Shown: positions 25,173 to 38,789 of the stretch, in pieces
Numbering within the stretch: position 1 is the first letter of the stretch
Layout: each line of letters begins with the position of its first letter
Source of the DNA: Albugo candida
Lineage: Eukaryota
Direction of reading: 5' to 3'
NCBI GenBank assembly: GCA_040437565.1
Contig: JBDOQK010000004.1
Span: forward strand, 558,001-622,000
Length of the DNA: 64,000 bases
The notes under the pieces: model-generated
What the model saw: the letters and a program-made list of their open reading frames with translations, nothing else
Told to the model about the DNA's origin: nothing
The model's database searches: none
Position numbers and translations under genes: made by a program

Positions 25173-28100
25173 TATTTTATTATTGAACGATGCAATGACG
25201 CGGATCTTTCCCGATTTGTACAAATAGCGCAGCTTAGATGAGAAGACAATATCACCCAATCAGCATGCAAAATCACAAAGCCTGGATTGATCTTACTGTC
25301 CATAACAAAGCGGGTTGGCAGCGGAGGTATCCAATACGAACAGCTACAGAGGAGGTGTCTCAAGCAAGCTTTTTACAGATCGCACAACGCAAATCGACAG
25401 AATCAGTAATACGATGGCGTCGACACCAAGTCGTACTCTTACCGCTCACTTGCATCGGACGGTTTTCCCATCATTTGAATCGCTTGATAGAGAGGTAATT
25501 TATTTGTAAAAGGCTCCGGCGATGACACCCTGCATAAATCTTGCACGTTTGAGCGAGATGACTAAGCGTGGGTTATCAATGCTAGATAATTGTGATCTTT
25601 GAAAGCAATAATAACCGAGCTATAGGACGAAGTGGGAAAAATAGTCGAAATGAATTCGCGTGCTAGTAAAAAACGATAAACCCAGATATTGCTTTATGGT
25701 GGAGTGGCGCTCAATGTAATTTGAACGAATGTCATAAAAGTATGCCTATAGAAGGAATGGCGAATTGCTGAACGCGCTATGATCACTTCTCAGTTTGCCG
25801 GCTGCTACGTGACCTGCCAATTTGGTACAAACGAATCCAAAAACAACTTTTTACCTTTTACTCTCGAAAACAATGGTTCAAGTCGATATATCGATACACT
25901 CCAGGGTGCTAGCGTCCCCTTGTACTAATGTGGCAACCTTCGTGAGTCACCCAGTTTTGGGTGACTGCACGGTTATTGATGAGTCATCACCTCTGTGTGA
26001 TGACGTGGAAAGTATCCCAACATCAGTGTGACGGTACAGGGTAATACCGGTGCTCCATGTTGTACCAGCGGTACATTTGGTCTGTTACTGCCTCGTCACA
26101 GAGTCACTCAAAGGCAACTACAAGTGTGAACGACGCCAAACCTCCCACTTTGGCGAAGCTTATCAACTCACAAGAGTCCTTCCGCAAAAAAACGCTCGAG
26201 CGAAAGCGTAATACCGCGTGGAGCTCCCAAACCAGAAAGCCTCGGATCGAGACTATATGTGCAACTCTATGCAGACGGAGAGCACCCAGAGTGGTCGGTC
26301 TTGGCTGCAAAACGGAAAGCGGTAGGACCTTTCCAAATCTGAAAAGCCACCTTCCCAAACGTCTTAGAGATGGTCCAAGCCTTGACCTGTACTCCAAATC
26401 GGAATCTCTTTACCTCCCTGGTGCGAGACCATGGCAATCCGGTTTTGAAAGCTTACTGGAGAGCCACTCAATCGCTCAGGTGTCTAAAAGGCCTGAATAA
26501 AACATCAGGGTGATGGTCACCACGGTGGATGTCTGCCGGCAGATGGATTGCCAGCCAGTGACTATCCTTGGTGGCATAGCCGAGTAGCTAAATTTATATA
26601 AGATAATTACTGAAATCATAAGTCATCGTCGTAGCCGTGGAGGAAGAATGGAAGAGCATTCTTCGCTCCTTCATAAACTAGGGTGCCAGGTGGTGTATGA
26701 CACTTTTTGCGAGATGATCCTCACCAAAGAAGTGGTGATGTCGACTCAGAGAGTCTATTTTGGCTCTTTGACATACCCTAGCAGCTGGTTTGAGCTGGTA
26801 AAGTCATTGAGCAAATCGCTTACGACAAACACCTCTGCGCAGTGAGGGAAAAAATTATCCCATTCGAACGGAGCGCCTACGTTTTGGACAAGTGACCCTA
26901 ATTGCTTCGAGTTGGGAGTCACAAAACTAGCTAAAGCAGTTCGGCAACAAACTTTCAACAATCACAACCAAGTCCGCAACAACAATCAGAAACAACAAAT
27001 AAATCAGCACAATCAAAAACAAAAATACACAGCAACTAATGCACTCGTGGTGGCACCAACAAAGGTAGTGTAGCCAGTTCCCATACAGGAACGTTTAAGC
27101 TCAACGTTCCCCCCCCCCAATATCACACCACCAGGGGAACTTGACCTATTGCAGCCTCTCCTCCCGTCCTACAACTGGAAAGTCAATCACAAGCACGGAT
27201 GGAGTGGGCTGGGGATTCTCCATGCAGTTGGCATGGAGAGGTGGAAAACGTAATCGGGTGGATCAATTCGAACAAATGGCTTCAAAGCACCACTTCATGC
27301 GCTCCCGAAGTTAGCGACCAGCAATTGCATTACTTTGCTCGCAACTATGGAGGTGGAGATCGAAGAAATACAAGCGGTTGCTAATCCGGCGCATGGAAAC
27401 CGCATCAAGAATATTCCCGTGAAAGCAAGGATGCCAAAAGAGATGGCACAATTTTATCAAAAGCGTCATACAACAGTAGAAAAAGAAGAGCGACCAACTA
27501 GAATAAGTGAAATACGGGAGCTCATGGAATTCGGTTTCAAAGATTCCCTCCACCCGCTCCGACCGGACAAGCTGGTTCAGGCCAATGCTTGTATCCCTTA
27601 TGTGAGAAAGATCATATAATTCAGCACGAATACGGAGCAAATCATTCGAGCAGCACTTGATCATCCGTTTACTATGAGCGGTGTGCTGCTCGCATTTATG
27701 GAGTCGAATGATAAAGCGGTGGATGATTTGGTGCATCTACTGATGATTAATCGCGTTTATGCAGCCCAAAATCTCGGCGAAGATGTTACGTTTGCGACTC
27801 CATTGCGTCGCAAATGTGGAGAAATTCCCCCAAAGTGATCTGTCTTGTTTGACAAAGTAATGTCGTGGTGGAAGTCCGTGCCGAAAATAGTGCTCAGTTT
27901 GACTCAAGCAACAAAAGCTCTCGCGTTGTTGGAACTGTTCTTTATGTGTACTGCCCCAACATTCTACAGAAACGATCACTGGATACAATATCTCACCGAT
28001 GAGCCAGTGATTTAGAATTCGGGTCATCATTGTTGTTTTCTTTCGACAAATGTGCTCACATCGTTGTTACGCTCCGGCGTGGGCATAAAGTGCTGGTCTC

Positions 28101-31100
28101 AACGGTTTAGAGGTGAATGACGAGGATTTCTCTGTGGTGATCTCGACGAGCTCTCCCTGAATCTTAGCTTTTTCTCAGAAACAATACAACAGTTCACCTG
28201 TCAAAACAAGATTGTGAAACGAGGTTGGTTGTTGGTCTGCTTCAGCGTGAATGCTCAAGGCTCCTTGATTATTCCAAGGTGGAACAATATCCCAGCACTC
28301 ACGGTGAATGCCAATTGGATTCATAAAAATGGTCATCTATTTATCAATCACGTCCTTTCACAGCACTCCATTTTTTGTGTTCAAGAGTTAAAGTTCCACG
28401 ATCACAGCCAATTGAAATCATCTCAGGTTTTATTACATTCAAAACTACAGCACCAAATGTTTGTCAATGACCCCAACAGTGCTTTTCTTCATCCGACTCA
28501 AAACCGCAGTTGCGACGTCGTGACAAAACTTCGTTTGGACTTTCCTGGTTCTACAACAGCTGAGTAACTTACCGAACGAATCATTTCAATTCACCGTTTG
28601 GTTCTGCGTCTTCTTATTCACGATGCCGGTTTATGTTCACAATGTATATGAACCAGGCAAGGCCGAGGAAAGAGTCATATTCTATGATTTACTGATCTCC
28701 AACACTTTGCATTCGAGCGCAACACATCTCGTATTTGGTTCTTTCAACACAACACTCGACCCAGCATAACTATCAATGCTTCGAGTGGAACAATTCGGCA
28801 CGAACCAATTCGTTTGGCTTGTTTGGAACGGCTTTCAAAGTTGGGTGTAGTAGATGCTTGGCGAACCCAACATCCGACTGAACGATATTTACACTACCAT
28901 TACCGCGAAAGAATAGACTAAATCTCCATGTCGAAAGAGCTATTCGATATTGTCTACAAAATATCGGAATATTTCCGTCCACGACATGCGGGAGATTATC
29001 TGGCGCTAAAAGTAAATTTCGCAAATCCAGCTCAAACTCCAGGACGAGGATATTGCATATGTTCAATAAATAGGACTATTTGAATGTCCACAAGCTGTCG
29101 AAGCAATCAAGTTGGAAGCAAATTTGGTGCTGGAACAGTTACGGACAGCTTTAGATCCCGGAAAAATGTGGAAAAGTTGGAAGACGAAAATCAAGAAACA
29201 ACTTCGAGAAATTGAGAAAAAGATTTGACAAGATAGCCGACGTGATATTGATTATATCCAGCGTGTTTTGTAAGCCGCAGCAGCTCGATATCGCACTCAG
29301 GGCACCAATCAGTCGTCCACTTTCCGAAACGAGTCCCGACATTTCAGAAATTCGGTCGAAAACAATGCCAAACACAACCAAGACGAAAGCTTCGATCATC
29401 ACGGAAAGCATATGGAGGGCTCCTCCAAGAATATTTTATGCCCTCTGAATAGTTCTTTTCGTCGCGTGCGTATCGAAATTGACAGAAAAATGTGAAACCG
29501 GGACATCGAGTCCGAGGAGATTATTGACGAATTTAGAAATCATCGAGCTGGTGTCATGGGCTCTCTTTATAGCTCCGAGACCGACTCATATAATTCATGT
29601 GAAAGAAAGCAAGAAAGCTACGCGATTCGATTCGAGTTTCCCTTGCGTCTGAAGAGCAAGACCGTCTCTCAACTCGCTTAAGTACGGCTGAGATGGCGGA
29701 CGCGATGAAGCACATGCGGGGTGATTCTTCTCTAGTTATTGATGGACTACCAGTTTCATCTCATCAGCTTGATCCGAGAACGTTTGGTGAGTGTCTGAAG
29801 ATCGTGTTCGTATATCAGCTCGAAAGAGGTATCTTTCTTCGACCAAAACGTCACTCGGCAATCACCTTGTTGCACGAAAAGGGATCACGAGGTGATCCTG
29901 GTAGCAAGCGATCGATAGCACTAGTTTGTGTCGATTTGAAAGTACATTCAGAAATGTTGGCGTATAGATTGCAGCGGATTTTGGCAAAACTGATCCACCA
30001 AGATCAAAAAGCATTAGTGCGAGTAAGTTCGATGCTTCACCATATTCGACATCTTACCGAAATCCAAGACTTGGTCACTCATCGTGGGGAGGAAGCATAT
30101 GCGACTTTTCTCGACTTTGAGAAAGCTCATGGCCGGGTCAATCGGACGTACTTGTTTCGTGTTTTGGAAAAAATGGGCTTTGGACAATGTTTTATCGACT
30201 CGGTTCGTCTTCTGAACAACAACACGAAGGCGCAGTTGATGATTAACGGAAAGATTGCACCGTTCATTACATCACAACGTGGAATGAAACAAGGCTATAC
30301 TCTCTCCGCATTACTTTTTATGATGACGATCAAACCTCTGACAAATCTACTTCGACAACATGAAGAACGCGGTATTTGGATCAATGACACGACTGGTGGG
30401 ACTGTATTGTTTTTTGCGCTTAAGATTCGACATTGCTTTCGGAGACACCAATTGATCTTTAGACGCAACTNNNNNNNNNNNNNNNNNNNNNNNNNNNNNN
30501 NNNNNNNNNNNNNNNNNNNNNNNNNNNNNNNNNNNNNNNNNNNNNNNNNNNNNNNNNNNNNNNNNNNNNNGTGTCCACGTATTCCCAATTTGACCATACT
30601 GGGTCCGGAGGATTCACTCAAGTATTTGAGTATTCCGTTCGTCCACACACCGACTCATTCGATGCTAATTGCAACTCTCGACAAGCGTTTTTATGACATA
30701 TGGTTTCGACGTCTAAGAACTGTGCGTGGTCGACAACGGGTTGCACAGACCATTATTTTGTCACGTCTGTGGCATTACACGATGCACTTATACATACCAG
30801 CATAGACTATCGGCAGTGGTACCCGGTGCTTGATCATTTTGTGTTTGGTCGTAAACACAAAATAGACTCAAGCCTGGTCAGCTAAGAGTTTTTATATCTC
30901 CGTCGACATCCAATGCCTCGACAAAAAGTTCCGCGGATTGGAAAAGTGCTTCGACGGAATTATGACAACCTATCCAACCTTCCTTTGGACCACGCATTTT
31001 AAAATGTGGTCTCAGCTGGATTGGAGCATTACAATTTCAGATCTGAATGTTTTACAACGCCGTCAGTACTACATGGAACACCTACGTGCTTTCATGCGAC

Positions 31101-31421
31101 CAAGAATCATAATATCAGTCTGCTAGTCGGAATACGAGTACGCAAAACGTTTGGTACAATCATTTGCGTCGTGGACGAACTACATCGCACATTTCGAAAA
31201 ATACTCGCTACACTTCTCGAGATCGAAGTCTTCAAAACGTTTTTCGAGTAAATGACTTTTTTCGAGTAAGTGACAAATGGTCAACGAAGGACAATTTCAT
31301 CAACATTAAAACGAGAAAGATGTGCATATCGGATATAAAGTTATTGAGTCGACTACTCATGGAAGACACTCAGAAACTGCAGCGTGTCCGCTCGATGATT
31401 GGTCTTATCACTTGGATCCGA

Positions 31422-31605
31422 TGTAACAACCTCCATTGTACATGCATGCATATTTCATATTTAGTTGGAGAATTGGATTAGCCAATCAAATAGGTGAACC
31501 AGGACTCCTTAATTAAAAAATCTCACTTTCCATTTTTTAGCAAATAGAGCTTCGCCAGCAAATATCTTCCTTTGCTTCCTCCCCCTTCCTCCTGCGGGCG
31601 TTACA
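31422..31605 (+). repeat. 5' LTR of the Gypsy element (184 bp)
   Basis: TGTAAC...GTTACA inverted termini; its 3' portion is repeated at 33297-33410. Confidence 0.9.
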
Positions 31606-33296
31606 ACTGGTAGCACTTGTTGGTCGTATAATTCAAAGATCGTTGGTCGTACAATTCAAAGATCGTTGGTCGTACGGAAGGAGTTTTTCTTACGCACTGT
31701 TTAGCGTCACGACATTGGGAAAGCCGCTCGCCGAGTGTTTGTCGTTTGTTTATGTTTGGTTGGACTCTTTTTTGTTTTTTTTATTATCATGACGTCATTG
31801 AACCCTCAAGGATGGTCCCCCGACGCCATCACGAAAACATTGATCGAATTAGTCGAAAAACAACAGCAATTGCTTGAAGCTATGACCAAGCGTGAATAAA
31901 GTTGAAGGGATCAGCTTAACTCAATTCCATGGTAAAATGGGCGAGTCCGTGGATCTGAACTTTGAGCAACTGGCTCAATACTTCGAAGCAAAGAATATCG
32001 ACTGGCGCGATGTCAGTCAAAGCGCTCGTGTTTTGGCAATCACGACCGCCAATTTCAAAGGGAATGCCGCAGCTTGGTACAAGTTGAACAAGCCATATAT
32101 CAAAGACGTGCAAGACCTCATCGTTTAAGTAAATGAAGAGTTTGTACCCCCTGATCTGCAAGAACGCTTGCGTGATCAATTTTACGCACTCAAACAGAAA
32201 AGTTGTCCAAACCTGGAAGTTTATATTTCAGGTTTCCGTAAAGCTATCATGCAAGTTACGGAAATGAGCGAGTTGGATAAAATTACCTATTTTACGCGCG
32301 GACTAGTAAGTCCCACACGGGAAGTGCAATACCGCCGGTGTGCCACAGTTTCACAAGCCATGAAGATTGCGTTGGAGTATGATCGATCTCATAGTGTCCG
32401 CGGGAAGAACTACCGTCCACCGGTATACTCGCAAGACCGATCACGTGCAACTTTCAATCAACATTATCACCATCAACAACCTGCATCACCGCACGTGCAA
32501 GAGAGTAACCCGGAACCAATGGAGATTGACTCAGGGTTTACCAAACATCGTCGCTCCTCCTCATCATCAGCTTCTTCGTCGAATGAATGTCGCTACTGCA
32601 AGAAGCCCGGTCACGTCATCGAACGCTGTTACAAGCTGAAGAATAAGAAGAAGCAAGCTCATAGCGCTCGACATGAACAAGCGGCTGCAGGCTTCAATAC
32701 TTCCACGTCTCCAAGAGCGACTTACTCGTTACCTTCTATGACAAGTTCCGGGAACGAAGTGGAAATTATCGAAATGGAAGAGATTTCGACGTCGACTATG
32801 GATCCGGTGCATCCAGAGAATGAACTTATTCGTAAACAAGGAACTTGTGATGGAACGCCTGTCACTACTTTGTTTGATAGCGGTGCAACCTGTAATGTTG
32901 TTCGTCCCGGCTTGGTGAAGAAACTGACACAATCTGGTGTCTCCCAACTTACACGATTTGATGGAACTTCCACTAGAGCCCGCTCCATTAAAAAGGGTGC
33001 TGCAACTATCGTATTTGATCGCTACAAATTTCGCAATTTACAAGTCATGGAATGGCCATTGGCTTCTGCTCATGACGTCATCTTGGGAAAACCATGGTTT
33101 ACAAAGTTTCAACCTCAACTTGGTTGGCGTTCTCATGAAATTTCATTTCCACATCAGTGCATGCCTTCGACATGCACTACTAGGGATAAAAGCAATNNNN
33201 NNNNNNNNNNNNNNNNNNNNNNNNNNNNNNNNNNNNNNNNNNNNNNNNNNNNNNNNNNNNNNNNNNNNNNNNNNNNNNNNNNNNNNNNNNNNNNNN

Positions 33297-33410
33297 AGGT
33301 GAACCAGGATTCTTTAATTAAAAAATCTCACTTTCCATTTTTTAGCAAATAGAGCTTCGCCAACAAATATCTTCCTTTGCTTCCTCCCCCTTCCTCCTGC
33401 CAGCGTTACA
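33297..33410 (+). repeat. 3' LTR of the Gypsy element (5' part lost in the N gap)
   Basis: Matches 31492-31605 with a few substitutions; ends GTTACA, followed by the TSD TCCGA. Confidence 0.88.
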
Positions 33411-33549
33411 TCCGACCAAACACAGCGGGCAGATCGTTTTATGTGTGATTCTAAAGCAAGGAGAAGAAGAAGCGCTTTTTCTATCCATTCCTCGCTCTCA
33501 ACTCTAATGAGTCGTCCGGAAACCTCCGAGCCAACCAAGACTCATCCGA

Positions 33550-36500
33550 TGTTCACACATTGGTTATTTTCATGTTAAAGGCTAATACCGAAGGTGAAGT
33601 GAATGAGCACTTGAAAAGTTATATCAAGTGATTAAAGCGACAACATGCCCATGAAGTCGAACAAACAATCAACCATGATCTCAATGATAGAAACGTGCAT
33701 CAGGATAATTTGGTGCGACAAGTCCTGATCGAAAAGGTCAAGAATACTGCAATGGAACAATGGGCAACTGGTGTACCAAAACTGTCATAGTGTACATCAA
33801 GTTGGGCCAAACGCGTCTCAGCTTAATGTGGTAAAGAGGACACACCAGACACTGATTGGAACGAGAAGGACTGTAAGCAAATTGGATTTCAGAGGTCGTT
33901 ATTGGTGCATACACTAGAGAATGCAATTTTTATCAAGAATTGTGCATACTACCAAGATGCAGCATTTACACCATAAAAAGCTTTAATTGGCTTTGAGCCG
34001 GACATCCATCACCAGTGAGCGTTTGGGTCCTTGCCGTACTGTCATGTTACCGTCTCGAGAAGAGAGAAATGAGCATGAACTCTAAAATTGGATTCTTNNN
34101 NNNNNNNNNNNNNNNNNNNNNNNNNNNNNNNNNNNNNNNNNNNNNNNNNNNNNNNNNNNNNNNNNNNNNNNNNNNNNNNNNNNNNNNNNNNNNNNNNGGT
34201 TATTTTCATGTTAAAGGCTAATACCGAAGGTGAAGTGAATGAGCACTTGAAAAGTTATATCAAGTGATTAAAGCGACAACATGCCCATGAAGTCGAACAA
34301 ACAATCAACCATGATCTCAATGATAGAAACGTGCATCAGGATAATTTGGTGCGACAAGTCCTGATCGAAAAGGTCAAGAATACTGCAATGGAACAATGGG
34401 CAACTGGTGTACCAAAACTGTCATAGTGTACATCAAGTTGGGCCAAACGCGTCTCAGCTTAATGTGGTAAAGAGGACACACCAGACACTGATTGGAACGA
34501 GAAGGACTGTAAGCAAATTGGATTTCAGAGGTCGTTATTGGTGCATACACTAGAGAATGCAATTTTTATCAAGAATTGTGCATACTACCAAGATGCAGCA
34601 TTTACACCATAAAAAGCTTTAATTGGCTTTGAGCCGGACATCCATCACCAGTGAGCGTTTGGGTCCTTGCCGTACTGTCATGTTACCGTCTCGAGAAGAG
34701 AGAAATGAGCATGAACTCTAAAATTGGATTCTTTTTAGGATACTGCGAAGAGATAGTGGGTTGTAACGTGTACATCCCTACCGAACACTAGAAGGAATTC
34801 GTTTCAGATTTAAGAATTGATATATCAATTAGTACAAGAACCGTCATGAATTCTAATGAAGTCAAGAGATAGTTACAGGCATTTGATGATCTCATGGAAG
34901 AAGGAGAAGTAGACGACCTTACTGAGGAAAATCGAAACGTATCTCATCAACTGGCCGACAACGACGCCAACGGTAAGCAGTATGTGGGCAGCAATGTTGA
35001 TATGGAGTCATCAGTGACCTGCGACGATGTCGCCATGAAATCAAAAAACTTTTCAAGGGGACAGTATCAGGCGAATATCAGGCGGTGAAGACACCATCGG
35101 GTGATCTTATAGCGAAAAGAAACTCGTGCGGGAAGACTTAATTACTGAGCAACAGTGCCGTACCTGTATACAATGACTTCGACGAAACGTGGGAAAGAAA
35201 AACTGATGAACTTTTTCGCGAAGATGCGGCAAGTCTTCCTACAAATGATGAACAGGATGAACAGGATGAACAGGATACTCAAGCTGATCTCAAGCTCAGA
35301 TTGGGATGCGGAGGCCAACAAAGTTTTTGAAAATGATCTTGCTACTAGTAGAACTGATAGTGATCTCGAGGATTGGGATGCTTAGTCATTCGGTCACGTC
35401 ACAGATCTGGATACAGTGAACATAATTCTAGGCAACTGGCGTGACGATGAACAAAAAAATGAATCGTTTATCGACCAAACGACGAACCCAAACTAGAAAC
35501 GGACCACATCACTAAGCAACAACTAGCAATCCCTTATCGTCGAGTCAAAATCTCTATAAGTTATCACCAAGCTATGCGTTCAAAACACACAAAATTGTGC
35601 CGCAATACGATGGATACCGAAATGGCCTCATTCAAAGCCAAAGAAGTGCTAGGGAGATCCCGCATTCGGATATCCCAGGAAAACAGCAGACTATCATAAC
35701 GATGTGGATCTTCGTTTTGAAGACAGATTAGTTAGGCTACGTGGTGCGGTTCAAGGCACGACCTGTGGCGATGGGTGATAAGAAAAGTCCTGGTATAAAT
35801 TTTACCATACTTTATCCTCTGTGACACGCATGGCCACATTAAAGATGTGCATTTGGTGTGTATGTTCCAAGATCTCACAATCAATTAAAGTGACAGCAAT
35901 ACCGCCTACCCCGATGCCTCTTTGAGCATCAAAAAATTCCTGAATGAAGTCGAAGGCTATCCTTGCAAAAACGAAAAAATTATTTACATCACTGAAAAAG
36001 CACTTTACGGATTACGTCAATCTGGAAGGGAGCCGAAGCACGAAGTGAGTTGCTGGTTTATTGACTATGTATTTGTGCAATGTGAGACAGAACCATGTCT
36101 CTACTTCTACGATCATGATGGTGAATATACTATTATACTTCTCTATGTGCATGACATTTTATGCGCAACCAAAAGTCTAGAATTCAAGATCAAAATATTT
36201 GAGCTGCTTGGTAAGTGTTATGGGTTGAAGGACCAAGGTCTTTTGAACACGAACTAGGGTGTGCAGGTGGAACAGAATGATCATGTTCACCAGGATCCAA
36301 CAGACAAAGTATTGCCAAGAAATTATTGAGCGCTTTAATTTTCGTAATGCCCGCCCAAGTAGAATTCCAATGGAGACCAACACACTTCTGAATATATTGG
36401 ACAAAACTATGAAACAAAGGAAACAAATACCCGAAAATGGAAAGACTTTCCATACCGAGAGCTCGTCAGGTAGTTGATGCACCTCGAAACGTGTAATAGA

Positions 36501-37365
36501 CCTGACCCCGCATCTCCCGTTGGACAACTGAGCCACTACGTGCAAATACTTACGCAGTAGCACATCGGTGCCGCGGAAAAAGATTTCGGGTACCTGATTG
36601 TTACGAAGAAACTAGAAACTTTATACTCTGGAAACATGGCAGAAGTTCAACAATCAGTTTTTACTGTCGACGGGTACTGCGACTCTGACTGGGGAAATGA
36701 CTCCGACACACGGCAAAAGCGGTACCGGATTCGTACACTACTTTGCTGGAGGTGCAATATTAACAGCTTTCAGACGCAAAAACATTGTGGCCTAGTCAAC
36801 CTCAGCAGAATATGCCGTGGCACGCGAAGCTTGTATGGACGGACTGGGGCTCCGAAATTTTTTACTGCAAATTTTCTCGATAGCAAGCCTACTTGCCGTT
36901 TGGGGATTGAAAATCAAGTGGCCTATGTCATAGCAATGAACTCTTCGTACAGCCGTAGAAAAAGGCATGTTAAACTGCGCTGGCATTCCAGTCGAGACCC
37001 AGTGGCAAAATAAAATGTGGAGTTAGGGAAAGACAAGACTGATTTCAAATGCATCTGATATCATGACAAAACCTTTCGCCAGTGAAAGACTCGTAATATT
37101 AAGTTCAATGATCGGTCTAACCAAACTGCGCCTTTCCAAAGTGATTGACTAACTTTGGAGGAAGGTGCGTTGGACACCGCATCTAGTGAAAACAGTGACG
37201 GTAAGTTGAAGATCTCCACTGATGGAAGATCACAATCTCATGAAAAGTCGTAGACATTGAAAGGTCGGAGAGAAAAATAAACATAAGATAGTTTCTAGGG
37301 AGTCACCAATATTTTTCCTCTAAACAAGAAGTCTTTGTGTACAGTTTTTTGTGCGGTTCCCAACA
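33550..37365 (+). mobile_element. Ty1/Copia retrotransposon, degraded pol (integrase-RT-RNase H) plus PPT and 3' LTR (about 37168-37365)
   Basis: IN-RT-RH order. RT KALYGLRQSGRE, QCETEPCLY, ILLYVHDIL; RNase H GYCDSDWGND and SYSRRKRHVKLRWH. Purine tract ggaggaagg followed by (c)GTTGG...CCAACA. Confidence 0.88.
33562..34733. repeat. Gap-flanking direct duplication (33562-34097 = 34198-34733)
   Basis: 536 bp at offset 636; the identical 62-aa ORF is called twice. Confidence 0.85.
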
Positions 37366-38789
37366 GAGGACCATTGACGATTCGAAAGGGCTTCTGGAAC
37401 CTGAAAGACGCCTATACTAATCCTGTGAGCTATCAAAAGTGTACGCGATTGCTATCGACTGCTTCGCTGACCTTTGGGGGTAACTTCCTATATAATGATA
37501 GAAGCTTGAGAGAGATAGCATCAGCAGTCAAACATTTCAGCTAGAAACGTTTCCTGCGTGGTACACGGTGCTCTAATCGCCACATAGCTCCTGAGATCAT
37601 TCGGTCCTAAATAATTGCAATGTTTGATGAATCGATTCGCGTCCATTCGATAATCTTGATTGAGTGTCGAGAAAGATCTGAGGACACGTGATAGATCAAG
37701 TGCAAGCAAATAAACAAACTGTTTATGATTCGGTCTGGCACATATCCAATGTAGGTCGAAAGATCAAAGATCACCTTTATCTTCTCCGTGTGCGATATGA
37801 TATAGAAGTAACTGCTTTCGTATATCTGGAAATAGAGCGAGCGTACCTTTTCACTAAGGTCGACAAAAGCGCTTTTTAATAAAGAATTATTTGATCGTAG
37901 TAGCGATCTGGAGGTTTACTCTGTAGTACGGCAGAAAAGTCCTTTGTCATGAACGACTCGATACCAAGAACTTGCGTATACGTAAAAAGTAAATATGTCG
38001 AAAATTTACCCGAATCTGTTGAGCGTTGTAAGCGTGGAGGTGTGCCATCGAAAATTTAAGTTAGTAATGCTAAATACATGCAGTACATATGCATAGATGT
38101 CTTAACTAACTTTCTTGAGTCATAGAAATTAAACCCACTGTAATTAGGGAGCAGCCAAAGCAACTAGTTTCCTTTGCAGTAATCAGCATTCAGCTGGAGT
38201 GGTACCTAGTGGGGCAGTCATTTGTAGAATGTAGAAACATCAAGAAGCCTTTACAATGACATCGACTCTTGGTAGCATTTAGTTTTGCATAGCAAAAAGA
38301 GATAAACGGGAAGTGGACGTTCCTTCTTGCATAAAACTACTGGTTGACCTTGAACTCAGTCGTCTTACTAAACAGTGGCAAGGTGATTTGGGTGACTTCG
38401 TAGGTCATGACGTTTCACGGAACATTGTAAGATGAGAGCAATCCAAGCGGAAACTTTCCAGTGATCCATAATGCTAGGTAAAAGATAATGGTCTAAGTTC
38501 AGGGCCCTGTTCTTTCAATCACGAGGGAATTTATAATCGGACTATGTTCTAATGTTTTAAGATAAATGCAACCTGCCACACCCGAGGATAATTTTTTGAA
38601 CATTATGTTAAGAGAGCTGCTATCCGGACCCCCTCCGTTTGCTAAGCGGACCCCCCCCCTCTCCTCACATATGTTTTATATGTTTTGATNNNNNNNNNNN
38701 NNNNNNNNNNNNNNNNNNNNNNNNNNNNNNNNNNNNNNNNNNNNNNNNNNNNNNNNNNNNNNNNNNNNNNNNNNNNNNNNNNNNNNNNN

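Larger units (their letters stand above)
23400..25780 (+). pseudogene. Degenerate gene copy B (paralog of copy A), split by the TIR element at 23478-25172
   Basis: 23410-23477 and 25173-25780 are collinear with the reverse complement of 20470-19690 (e.g. cccaatcagcatgcaaaatcacaaag, gaggtgtctcaagcaag, caacgcaaatcgac, agcgagatgact.agcgtg, ccagata.tgc...tggtggagtgg). Confidence 0.5.
31422..33410 (+). mobile_element. Ty3/Gypsy LTR retrotransposon (gag-protease visible; pol absent or inside the N gap)
   Basis: 5' LTR 31422-31605 (TGTAAC...GTTACA); 3' LTR remnant 33297-33410 nearly identical; TSD TCCGA on both sides. Gag with EPMEID and knuckle CRYCKKPGHVIERC; protease LFDSGAT...DVILGKPW; stops and a frameshift in gag. 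Confidence 0.92.
25860..33550 (+). mobile_element. L1/Tx1-like LINE, degraded (ORF1 about 25.9-28.0 kb; APE endonuclease about 28.27-29.0 kb; RT about 29.7-30.8 kb), interrupted by a Gypsy element at 31422-33410
   Basis: Endonuclease start ALTVNAN...IFCVQELKF. RT motifs EKGSRGDPGSKRSIALVCVDLKV, DQKAL, FLDFEKAHGRV, RGMKQG..LSALLF, LKYLSIPF. Many stops and frameshifts; 5' boundary approximate. Confidence 0.85.

Noticed and set aside
35247-35276. (GATGAACAG)3 microsatellite
   Set aside because: Slippage repeat in the variable linker of a dead Copia pol.
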